From an uncultured Planctomycetales bacterium (GTDB lineage: Bacteria; Planctomycetota; Phycisphaerae; UBA1845; PWPN01), in NCBI GenBank assembly GCA_964617875.1, contig CAZUAI010000002.1:59230-123229 (forward strand): a DNA stretch of 64,000 nucleotides. The letters are read 5' to 3'. A program made the position numbers and the translations under genes. A model generated the notes under the pieces. That model was not told where the DNA came from. It saw nothing but the letters and a program-made list of their open reading frames with translations, and searched no databases. Shown piece after piece: positions 47,843-55,880 of the stretch; the first letter of the stretch is position 1; every line of letters begins with the position of its first letter.

Positions 47843-48013
47843 ATGTCGAAGCGCGAGCTGATCGAAAAGATCATGCGCCTGAATCGGTCTGCCAGGGCGG
47901 AGTTCCTGGCGATGTTTTCCCAGGATGAGTTGCTCGATTATCTGCGGCAGTTGAAGGAGCTGTCGATCGAACGGAGGACGGAAGACCTCCTCGATGTGAT
48001 GGCCGTCGCGTAG
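47843..48013 (+). CDS. Small ORF (56 aa) below the ORF-track length cutoff: MSKRELIEKIMRLNRSARAEFLAMFSQDELLDYLRQLKELSIERRTEDLLDVMAVA
   Basis: Translated by hand. Strong G/C preference at third codon positions, with a helical, non-Arg/Pro-rich composition unlike the GC artefact ORFs. Divergent from the methyltransferase. Confidence 0.45.
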   Translation: MSKRELIEKIMRLNRSARAEFLAMFSQDELLDYLRQLKELSIERRTEDLLDVMAVA

Positions 48014-48353
48014 CCGGAGAGGATACCGTCGGGAAAGATTTCAGGGGTCAGAGGCGGTGTTGCCGGGCGCGTGCCGGGTCTTGCCGGGCCGCCGGTGATT
48101 CCAGAGCTATACTGCCCGCCCGATCGGGCATCAGCCGGCCGGAGGGGAGAGCCGGCCGGCCGCGATCCAAGCCTGGCCACGGTCACGACAGGGAGACCAT
48201 GCGGAACCGGTCCCGGGGACGCGACGGCGCCGTCGGGACTTTCCGTATGCGCGGCGCGCGCGTCGGATGCTCGAACGGCAACAGACTCGCACGCACGGTT
48301 TGCCCCGGAGCCTCGGGCTCGTCCTCGCCCCGCAATCCTGATCGCTCACCGGC

Positions 48354-49646
48354 TCATCGCTGCGTGCGTGTGTCCGTCGGACCGCCGAAGCCCTTGCGGC
48401 GTTCGTTTCGGAAAGCGGCCTTTTGCCGGCGAAAACGCTGCCCGAACTCGGCCTGCTTGTCTCGCTGCTGCTTCGCGTGCTGTTTCGCGGCCTGACGGCG
48501 GGCGGCGGCCATCGGCTTCGTGAGCTTCGTCTTCGGGATCCGCCGGGGCGTAACCTTCTCGGCGCCGATGGCGTCCCGGATCGGCAAGCGCTGCTCGACC
48601 GGCTGCAGGCCGAACGGCCGGTGCGGCTCAAGCTGGTACCAGTACGCCGTCGAGGCCCAGTCGTTCGCGAGCTGGTTCGCGTGGCCGTGCTCCAGCGTCA
48701 CGAGGATCGACTTGCGGAAGTGCACGGGGTTCGTCAGGTGGAAGTTGTAGCACACCTGGTAGGGCGGCCGGTCGGTCTCCCACAGCGCGGAGCCGTTGAA
48801 CAGGAAGGCGTTCCGCTGCATGCCCCACGCCTGGTTGAAGTAGTCCTCGCTGCCGGTGCCGTGCAGGTCCGGCGGCCACCGGCGGCCATCGACCCAGATC
48901 ATGTCGTCGCCCTCGCCCCACCAGTCGCCGTGGAGGTTGGTGACGGAGAGGTTGCAGCCGATGTAGTGGCCGCGGCCGCGGGCGTCGAGGATCACGTAGT
49001 TCCCCTTGCCGTCGAGATTGGGCACGTCCGCGAGCGGGTGGTTCACGGGCAGATCGTGGGCCCAGCCGGCCGTGGGGTTCTCGCGGCGCCAGCGTGCGTG
49101 CAGGTACGCGACGTCGTCGTCGAGCGGTTCGTCATACTGTTCGTAGTCGATGTAGAAGTACTGGCCGTGCGCGTCGGGGCCCTCGTTGGTCAGTTCGACG
49201 CGGGCGTGCCGGCGAAAGGGCATGGGGAGGTAGCAGTTCAGCGCGCAGCCGCCGCCGAACCTGCCGGGCGTGTTCGTGCTGGCCGAGAACGGCAGCGAGC
49301 AGAAGTTGGTCGCGATCGAATGGCCGAGACAGAAGAAGTCGCCGACGGGCGCGTGGATGCTCGGGTTCTTCTCACCGTCCCAGTAGATCTTCAGGACGGC
49401 GGTGCGGTACTGGTCGGGGGCGGCGCGGGTCGCATCGACGGACACGCGCTGTGAACACCATTGCGTGAACCAGATGTGCGTGATCGCGCCGGGGCCGTCG
49501 ATCTCGGCCAGCGTGATCGTCCTGCCCGGCGGCACGATCCAGGAGTCGGCGTTGCGGCCGGTCCGGTCGTAGCTCGACCAACGCCCGGCCCGTGCGTTGC
49601 GCACGCGGGCAAGGCCCGACAACAGGGATGTCGCGAATGGGTTCAT
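48354..49646 (-). CDS. DUF2961 / GH172-family protein with a basic C-terminal tail of about 75 aa
   Basis: RWSSYDRTGRNADSWIVPPGRTITLAEIDGPGAITHIWFT is the typical DUF2961 N-terminus. The tail is PRRIPKTKLTKPMAAARRQAAKQHAKQQRDKQAEFGQRFRRQKAAFRNERRKGF. The start lies 4 nt after the pckG stop. Confidence 0.85.
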   Translation of the reverse strand: MNPFATSLLSGLARVRNARAGRWSSYDRTGRNADSWIVPPGRTITLAEIDGPGAITHIWFTQWCSQRVSVDATRAAPDQYRTAVLKIYWDGEKNPSIHAPVGDFFCLGHSIATNFCSLPFSASTNTPGRFGGGCALNCYLPMPFRRHARVELTNEGPDAHGQYFYIDYEQYDEPLDDDVAYLHARWRRENPTAGWAHDLPVNHPLADVPNLDGKGNYVILDARGRGHYIGCNLSVTNLHGDWWGEGDDMIWVDGRRWPPDLHGTGSEDYFNQAWGMQRNAFLFNGSALWETDRPPYQVCYNFHLTNPVHFRKSILVTLEHGHANQLANDWASTAYWYQLEPHRPFGLQPVEQRLPIRDAIGAEKVTPRRIPKTKLTKPMAAARRQAAKQHAKQQRDKQAEFGQRFRRQKAAFRNERRKGFGGPTDTRTQR

Positions 49647-49650
49647 GGAA

Positions 49651-51429
49651 TCAGCCGGTCGTCAGTCGCCGCTCCAGCGCTTGCAGTTCGTCGGTCAGGG
49701 CGTGCGGAAGCCGATCGCCGAGCGTGGCGAAGAACTCGGAAACGGCTTTGGCCTCCTCCCGCCAGGCGTCACGGTCCACGGTGAGCAGTTCCTCGACGAC
49801 CTTGGGCGAAAGCTCGAGGCCCGTGAGGTCCAGGCTGTCGGGCGTCGGCACGAAGCCGATCGGCGTCGGCCGCGCCTCGGCCTCGTTTCGGCAGCGATCG
49901 AGGATCCATTCGAGGACGCGGAGGTTGTCGCCGTAACCGGGCCAGAGGAACTCGCCGTTCTCATCCGTGCGGAACCAGTTCACGTGGAAGATCTTCGGCG
50001 GCCGGGTCATCTGCTGGCCGATCTGGAGCCAGTGGCGGAAGTAGTCGCCGATGTGGTAGCCGCAGAAGGGAAGCATGGCCATGGGGTCGCGCCGGACCTC
50101 GCCCAGCTTGCCGTACTGGGCGGCGGTCCGCTCGGACGCCATGGTCGCGCCGATGAAAACGCCGTGCTGCCAACTGTACGCCTGGTGCACGAGCGGCGCG
50201 AGGTGGGCCCGGCGCCCGCCGAAGATGATCGCCGAGATCGGCACGCCGTGGTGCCACTCGAGCCGGTACGAGGCCGACGGGCACTGCGTGATCGGGGCCG
50301 TAAAGCGGGAGTTCGGATGCGCGCCCAGCACGATTTTGCCGTCCTCGCCGACCGTGCCGGGCTTCCACGGATCGCCTTTCCAGTCGGTGCCGGAGGCGGG
50401 CGGCTCGCCGTCCGCCCCTTCCCACCAGACGGTCTTGCCGCGCCGCAGAAGGACATTCGTGTAGATCGTGTTCTTGCGGATCATGGCGACGGCGTTGGGG
50501 TTGGTGGAGGAGTTCGTGCCGGGCACGACGCCGAAGCAGCCCGTCTCGGGGTTGACGGCCCAGAGGGCGCCGTCGGTGTCGATCCGCATCCAGGCGATGT
50601 CGTCGCCGACGGTCCAGATGCGGTAGCCCTTGCGGGTCATGCCCTCCGGGGGGACGAGCATGGCAAGATTCGTCTTGCCGCAGGCGCTGGGGAAGGCGGC
50701 GGCGACGTATTCGATGCGGCCGGCGGGGTTCTCGACGCCGAGAATGAGCATGTGCTCGGCGAGCCAGCCTTCCTTGCGGGCCTGGTAGCTGGCGATCCGC
50801 AGCCCCATGCACTTCTTGCAGAGCAGGACGTTTCCGCCGTAGCCGGAGCCGACGCTCCAGATGGTGTTGTCCTCGGGGAAATGGAGGATGAGGCGCTTCT
50901 TCTCGTCGAGGTCGGCCTTGCCGTGGAGGCAGCGGGTGAAGACGCCGTCGCGGCCGAGCTTGTCGAGCACCGGCTGGCCGCAGCGCACCATGATCAGCAT
51001 GTTGAGGACGACGTAGATGCTATCCGTCAGCTCGACGCCGATCTTCGAGAAGACCGAGCCGACCGGCCCCATCGAGAACGGGATCACGTACATCGTCCGG
51101 CCGCGCATGGAGCCGTCGAAGATCGCCCTTGCCCGCTGGTAGCCCTCCTCGGGGCTCATCCAGTTGTTCGTGGGCCCGGCGTCCTCCTTTCTGGCCGTGC
51201 AGATGTACGTGAGGTGTTCGGTGCGGGCGACGTCGTTCCTGGCCGTGCGGTGGTAATAGCAGCCCGGGAGCTTCTCCTGGTTCAGCTGGAGCAGCTCGCC
51301 CGTCGCGACCGCCTCGGCCCGCAGGGCGTCGGCCTGCTCCTGCGAGCCATCGATCCAGACGACCTTGTCCGGCCGACAGAAGCCCGCGCATTCCTCAACC
51401 CACCGCTTTAACTCGGCATGCTCGGTCAT
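49651..51429 (-). CDS. pckG: Phosphoenolpyruvate carboxykinase (GTP)
   Basis: RTARNDVARTEHLTYICT...AGPTNNWM, FPSACGKTNLAML (kinase-1a P-loop) and IAWM. Internal ATG at 51429 (MTEHAELKRWVEE). Confidence 0.95.
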   Translation of the reverse strand: MTEHAELKRWVEECAGFCRPDKVVWIDGSQEQADALRAEAVATGELLQLNQEKLPGCYYHRTARNDVARTEHLTYICTARKEDAGPTNNWMSPEEGYQRARAIFDGSMRGRTMYVIPFSMGPVGSVFSKIGVELTDSIYVVLNMLIMVRCGQPVLDKLGRDGVFTRCLHGKADLDEKKRLILHFPEDNTIWSVGSGYGGNVLLCKKCMGLRIASYQARKEGWLAEHMLILGVENPAGRIEYVAAAFPSACGKTNLAMLVPPEGMTRKGYRIWTVGDDIAWMRIDTDGALWAVNPETGCFGVVPGTNSSTNPNAVAMIRKNTIYTNVLLRRGKTVWWEGADGEPPASGTDWKGDPWKPGTVGEDGKIVLGAHPNSRFTAPITQCPSASYRLEWHHGVPISAIIFGGRRAHLAPLVHQAYSWQHGVFIGATMASERTAAQYGKLGEVRRDPMAMLPFCGYHIGDYFRHWLQIGQQMTRPPKIFHVNWFRTDENGEFLWPGYGDNLRVLEWILDRCRNEAEARPTPIGFVPTPDSLDLTGLELSPKVVEELLTVDRDAWREEAKAVSEFFATLGDRLPHALTDELQALERRLTTG

Positions 51430-51830
51430 GACATTGCCCTGCCTGTGTTCCGCTGATCCCAGGGTCGATCCGCTGAGAGCGGGCGGTACCATACCACAAG
51501 GGCCTGGCAGTGCCAAGGGCGACGTCGGGACTCACGGCGGAGCCGCCTTGGAGTGCGTCCGCCTACGGCGGCGATATGGTTTGCGGCGGAGTCACCGGCC
51601 GAACCGCTCCAGTCCACCTGCGTCCCCTGGATCGGCGCGCGCTCAGGGAACTCGTCGGAAGCGAGGATCACCTTGAGCCGCAACCCCGGAACCGTGGCGT
51701 CCGATTCAAACGTCAGCCGGAACTCGATGCCGTCATGAACGTGCGGCGGATCGGCGTCTGGCCGATCGGCGCACAGCCCCCTGATCCCGGTCAAGCCGCC
51801 GAGGTAGTCTTGCCTGTCTCCCCGGCCCAC
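51426..51830 (-). CDS. Questionable ORF (134 codons, GTG start) whose stop overlaps the pckG ATG
   Basis: The first roughly 75 codons look coding (HVHDGIEFRLTFESDATVPGLRLKVILASDEFPERAPIQGTQVDW, G/C-rich third positions). The remainder is an Arg-rich tail. ATGA overlap with pckG at 51426-51429. Confidence 0.25.
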   Translation of the reverse strand: MGRGDRQDYLGGLTGIRGLCADRPDADPPHVHDGIEFRLTFESDATVPGLRLKVILASDEFPERAPIQGTQVDWSGSAGDSAANHIAAVGGRTPRRLRRESRRRPWHCQALVVWYRPLSADRPWDQRNTGRAMS

Positions 51831-51907
51831 CTGGACGCAGTTGAGTCAAGAAGATACCCATGCCCTGCGCTTCCGCTTTCCCGCGTTGCGGGGCGCGATG
51901 CGGCGGT

Positions 51908-53074
51908 CTATTCCGTCCCGCCGTCGCTGGCGGCGCCGAGGGCCTTGCGCATGGCGTTGACGGCATCCTGGAGCTTGCGTTTGTGGAGTTCCTTCAGTTC
52001 CGCCGGCAGGTCGCTCATCCGGACGAAGAAACTCACGTCCGGCCCGCCATCGTGCCCCCTGGTGGTGACCATGCCGACGACGGCGTTGGCCTGCACGGCC
52101 TCCATCGCCCTCGCGACGTCGGAATCGCCCGAGGCGGCCGCCGGCGACGGCGTGCCCTGCGGCGCGGGGGCGATGCGGATGCCGTCGGGCTCGACGAAGT
52201 GCGCAAGGCCCGTCGTGCCGGAGATCACCTCGAACGCCTGGCGGATCGTGGAGTTTTCGAGCGTGAGCGAGAAGTTCTGCGCGAGGTGCGGCGGGACGGA
52301 GGCGATGACGCCGGGCTCGAGCTTCACGAGCATGTCGGCTTCGCGACCGAGGTCGAGCAGGACATCGACCAGCGGCGCGCGGAAGAACCGCAGGGACACG
52401 CGGCGGCCAAGCTGCCGGTCGGCCTGCCGCGACTTGCTGAGGATGACGACCCGATCGCCCGAGGGAAACCACATCAGGCCGTTCCGGTTGCAGACGTTGT
52501 AAAGGATCTCGGAGGCCGGTCCGGCGCCGACGCTTTTGGCGGCGGCGACAAAGGTCTCCTTGTTGAGCCTGCCGTCGGGGCTGGAGTCCTGGAACTGGAC
52601 GTTGAGTTCGTTCCAGAGTTGCTCGGACCACGGGTTCTCCGTGAGCTTGCGGAGCAGGTCGAGTTCGGCCCACGTCGCACGTCGGACGATGCGGCGGAGC
52701 GGGGCGTTGGCGGAGACCTGCACGGCGTTGTTGCGGACCTGGAAGACAAGGCCGACGGGCCGGAGCAGGCCGGCGAGTCCGTCGCGAAGCGCGACGCCCT
52801 TGATCGAGGCGGAGAGCTGCGTCTGCTCACCGTACGGGAGCCGGTCGAGCGTGCCCTCCTCGACAACGATGCGAACGCCGGTCTGTCTGGTGATGTCGTC
52901 AAAGGCGGCGAGGATGTTCTTTTCGCGGATGTCGATGTCGTGCTTCTCGTCGAGGGCCTGTTCGATGGCGACATCGAGATTGCTGCCCGCCGGGGCGGTG
53001 GTCGGCGGCGGCGCGGCGTGCGCGTGCCAAAGGCCCGCGGCGAGCAAGAGCAGGATCGCGGTTACGCGGCTCAT
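51908..53074 (-). CDS. Secreted protein with two STN-like (secretin/TonB N-terminal-like) modules; tentative
   Basis: Signal peptide MSRVTAILLLLAAGLWHAHA. Repeats around ILAAFDDITRQTGVRIVVEE...LRDGLAGLLRPVGLVFQV and LVDVLLDLGREADMLVKLE...IRQAFEVISGTTGLAHFV. It is the last gene of the ECF sigma/anti-sigma operon. Confidence 0.7.
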   Translation of the reverse strand: MSRVTAILLLLAAGLWHAHAAPPPTTAPAGSNLDVAIEQALDEKHDIDIREKNILAAFDDITRQTGVRIVVEEGTLDRLPYGEQTQLSASIKGVALRDGLAGLLRPVGLVFQVRNNAVQVSANAPLRRIVRRATWAELDLLRKLTENPWSEQLWNELNVQFQDSSPDGRLNKETFVAAAKSVGAGPASEILYNVCNRNGLMWFPSGDRVVILSKSRQADRQLGRRVSLRFFRAPLVDVLLDLGREADMLVKLEPGVIASVPPHLAQNFSLTLENSTIRQAFEVISGTTGLAHFVEPDGIRIAPAPQGTPSPAAASGDSDVARAMEAVQANAVVGMVTTRGHDGGPDVSFFVRMSDLPAELKELHKRKLQDAVNAMRKALGAASDGGTE

Positions 53075-53107
53075 GGTCTGACGTTCTCCTTCGTAGGCGG
53101 CATCTTG

Positions 53108-53764
53108 TTACAGTGGAAACAGCGGCAAACGCGCCGCAACGGGCGCGGCGGCCCGGCTGCCCGTTGCGACGGCCATCGAGGGCGCGGCGAGCCCTTCGGC
53201 CTCCCTGGCGGCCACGGCCTGATCAAGGTCCTCCGATCGGTGAAAGGTCACGGAAACGCGGGCGGCGGCGCCGTCCGCGGTGTCATTTCGCACGGTTCCG
53301 ACGACCGCGACGGCCACGACGGCGGCCGCCGGCCGGTGATAGGCAACCTGGACCACCGGTTGCGGAGCAGCCTGGGCGACGGGCCGGCCGGCCGGCCGGG
53401 TCGGCGGACGGTTCAGCGTTACAATGATCGCCAGTACGGCGGCGGCGGCCAGCGGCATCGCGGCGTACCAGCGTGGGGCCCATGCCGGGAACCGGAGGAT
53501 TCTCGGCCGCTCGGTCGCGCGGGCCTTCTGCGCCCTGACGGCGTCCATGACGCCGGCACGGAAGGCGGACCAGTCGGCCTTCGGCGCCCGTACGCCCCAG
53601 GCGCGAACGAGGCGATCGACCTTCTCCAGGCCCTCGGCCTCGCGGCGCGCACGATCATCGGCGGCGAGGAGTTCGCCAAGGCGGTGTTCCCCGTCCGGCG
53701 TAAGATCACCGTCCAGCTTGTCCGCCAGCAGCCGCTCCAGCTCGTCGTCGAATCGTTCGCTCAT
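53108..53764 (-). CDS. Anti-sigma factor (single-pass membrane protein)
   Basis: Begins 13 nt downstream of the ECF sigma gene. N-terminal helical region LLADKLDGDLTPDGEHRLGELLAADDRARREAE and TM helix AAMPLAAAAVLAIIVTL. Confidence 0.65.
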   Translation of the reverse strand: MSERFDDELERLLADKLDGDLTPDGEHRLGELLAADDRARREAEGLEKVDRLVRAWGVRAPKADWSAFRAGVMDAVRAQKARATERPRILRFPAWAPRWYAAMPLAAAAVLAIIVTLNRPPTRPAGRPVAQAAPQPVVQVAYHRPAAAVVAVAVVGTVRNDTADGAAARVSVTFHRSEDLDQAVAAREAEGLAAPSMAVATGSRAAAPVAARLPLFPL

Positions 53765-53777
53765 GACCCGCCCGCCT

Positions 53778-54518
53778 TCAGCCCAGGTAGTCAGACAGCT
53801 TCTCCTTCAGCGTCCGTCGGGCCTGGAATACGTTCCACTTCACGGCCTCCACGCTACATCCCAGTACCTCCGCGATATCCTTCTGCGCCCAGCCCTCGAT
53901 CGTGAACAGGATCAGGGCGAGCCTCTGTTTCTCCGGCAACGCGGCGATGGCGGCCCCGATCTGCCCGGCCGTCTCGCCCGATGCCAGTTCGTCCATCGAC
54001 CATTCGCCGCCCGCCGGCTGCTCGCCGCGGGCCGCCAGGGCCGCCTCGTCGTCCCGCAGGATGTCATCCAGCGGCAAGGCCCCGACCTTCGCCGCCGCCC
54101 GACGAGATCGTCGGAAGTTCAGCGACAGGTTGCTGACGATCCGCATCAGCCACGGGGCGAACCGCGCCGGCTCCTTCAGCGACGAAAGCGACCGATAGGC
54201 CCGAAGGAAGGCGTCCTGGCACACTTCCAGGGCGTCCTGGACGTTGCCGACGAGCCGGCACGAGGTCGCGACCGCACGCCGTTGATACCGCTCCACCAAG
54301 ATGTCAAAAGCTGCCGTCTCGCCGTCCAGGGTCCGCCGCACCAAATCGGCATCTCCCGGCCCGGCGTCGGGCAGGTCGGCTCGTCGTGTTTCCTCTTCCG
54401 GAGGTATAGACACAGCAGGGTCTAATGAGGTTAGCGTACGGTGCGAACTCGCGGCGAAGGACAGGGTAAGAGAGGGGCGTCGAATTGTCAATGCGGCTGG
54501 GAACGTGGCGCAATACAT
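53778..54518 (-). CDS. ECF-type RNA polymerase sigma-70 factor
   Basis: Region 2 DALEVCQDAFLRAYRSL...FAPWLMRIVSNLSLNF. Region 4 LPEKQRLALILFTIEGWAQKDIAEVLGCSVEAVKWNVFQARRTLK. The start is uncertain: an in-frame GTG at 54413 would give 211 aa. Confidence 0.9.
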   Translation of the reverse strand: MYCATFPAALTIRRPSLTLSFAASSHRTLTSLDPAVSIPPEEETRRADLPDAGPGDADLVRRTLDGETAAFDILVERYQRRAVATSCRLVGNVQDALEVCQDAFLRAYRSLSSLKEPARFAPWLMRIVSNLSLNFRRSRRAAAKVGALPLDDILRDDEAALAARGEQPAGGEWSMDELASGETAGQIGAAIAALPEKQRLALILFTIEGWAQKDIAEVLGCSVEAVKWNVFQARRTLKEKLSDYLG

Positions 54519-54597
54519 AATCAGGCGACTTTAGTCAGCGAAGCCGTATTTCCTGGTGTTATAGGACGCCACGACGCTTCAGGCGACCGAGTCCTTC

Positions 54598-55413
54598 ATG
54601 TCGCCAATGGGTGGTTCGGGAGAACTGCCCATGGTACTGCCGATAACACCCTCGATGCCCGAGCCCGTAGTCAGCATCGTGATCGCGACGTACGGCCGGT
54701 GCCCGCAGCTCCGGCGGTGCGTCGCGGCGATCCGAGAGAATGTGCAACTGCCGCACCAGGTCATCGTGGTCGGGGGCGGGGCGGGTGATGGCACGGAGGA
54801 ATGGCTGGCGGAGCAACCCGACATTCATTTCATTCGCGAAACGAGGCGTGAAGGGGCGACGCGGGCGTTCAACAAGGGCTTCCGTGCGGCGACGGGCCGG
54901 TATGTGCTGTGGCTGAACGACGATTCGTACCCGTTGCCGGGCTCGGTGGAAGCCGCCGTGCGAACGATCGAACGGCCGGACCTGAACGACGTGGGCATGA
55001 TCGCCTTCTACCACAACATGGGGGCGACGCGGAACCGGCTCGACTCGTTCGAACAGGGGGGCGTGACCTACAGTGTGTACAATGTTCGCGGCGTGCCGTA
55101 CGCGAACTTCGGGCTGCTGCGCCGGGATCTGCTCGAACAGCTCGGCTGGCTCGATGAACGGTACTACTTCTGCGCGTGGGACCCCGACCTCTCGCTCAAG
55201 GTACAGCGCGAGGCGAACCTGAAGGTCCTCGCCTGCCGCCGGGCCGTCATCTACCATGACGAGCTGATGGACGAGCGGAAAAAGAGCGACAGGGACGCCG
55301 GGGCCGCGGATAACGCGAAGTTCTTCGCCAAGTGGCCGCTACCCGAGAAAGACTCCTACCCGGATCCCGCCCCGGCGTATCAGCAGATGTTGCGCGAGCG
55401 GAACCTGCTGTAG
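54598..55413 (+). CDS. Glycosyltransferase family 2
   Basis: VSIVIATYGRCPQLRRCVAAI...GATRAFNKGFRAATGRYVLWLNDDS (GT-A DxD region). Several candidate ATG starts lie between 54598 and 54655. Confidence 0.85.
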   Translation: MSPMGGSGELPMVLPITPSMPEPVVSIVIATYGRCPQLRRCVAAIRENVQLPHQVIVVGGGAGDGTEEWLAEQPDIHFIRETRREGATRAFNKGFRAATGRYVLWLNDDSYPLPGSVEAAVRTIERPDLNDVGMIAFYHNMGATRNRLDSFEQGGVTYSVYNVRGVPYANFGLLRRDLLEQLGWLDERYYFCAWDPDLSLKVQREANLKVLACRRAVIYHDELMDERKKSDRDAGAADNAKFFAKWPLPEKDSYPDPAPAYQQMLRERNLL

Positions 55414-55880
55414 CGCGGTTCTGCGCGTCTGGCGAAGCCGGGCCCGATCCCCCCGAAGATGGCCCCGCATACCCGTATTGTGTCAAGGACCGGCGAGGGG
55501 CTGGCCAACCGTGCGATTACTGACGACTGGCAAGCGTCCGGCAAGACCTGTCCGTGTCGTGGAGGCACGGTCGGCGGCGATTCCGTCGCTCGCCGGACTG
55601 GTGCAACCGGCGACTGCCGACACGCCGAAGCAGGCGCGCGAGCAACGAACCGATCGCCGCATTCTCGGACGTTCGGCCGGTTTTCTTCGCTCTTCGCTTG
55701 CCCGCAGGCCCCTGCGAATCGTATGTCTGGTCAGGTGCTTTCCGGGCGGAGAAGCCCGTCCGATCTCGGGCGGGTCATCGAACGGTGAATGAGGGACGAT
55801 GAACGGCGGTCGCCGACGGCGGCCGACCGGGTTCGGCGTTCCGCATTCATCGTTTTCTTTTCGGCGGTTGTCGCGGCGGG

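Noticed and set aside
51510-53905. Plus-strand ORFs 51510..52502 (330 aa) and 51860..53905 (681 aa).
   Set aside because: They are antisense to the secreted STN-like protein and the anti-sigma gene, and have artefact-like composition.
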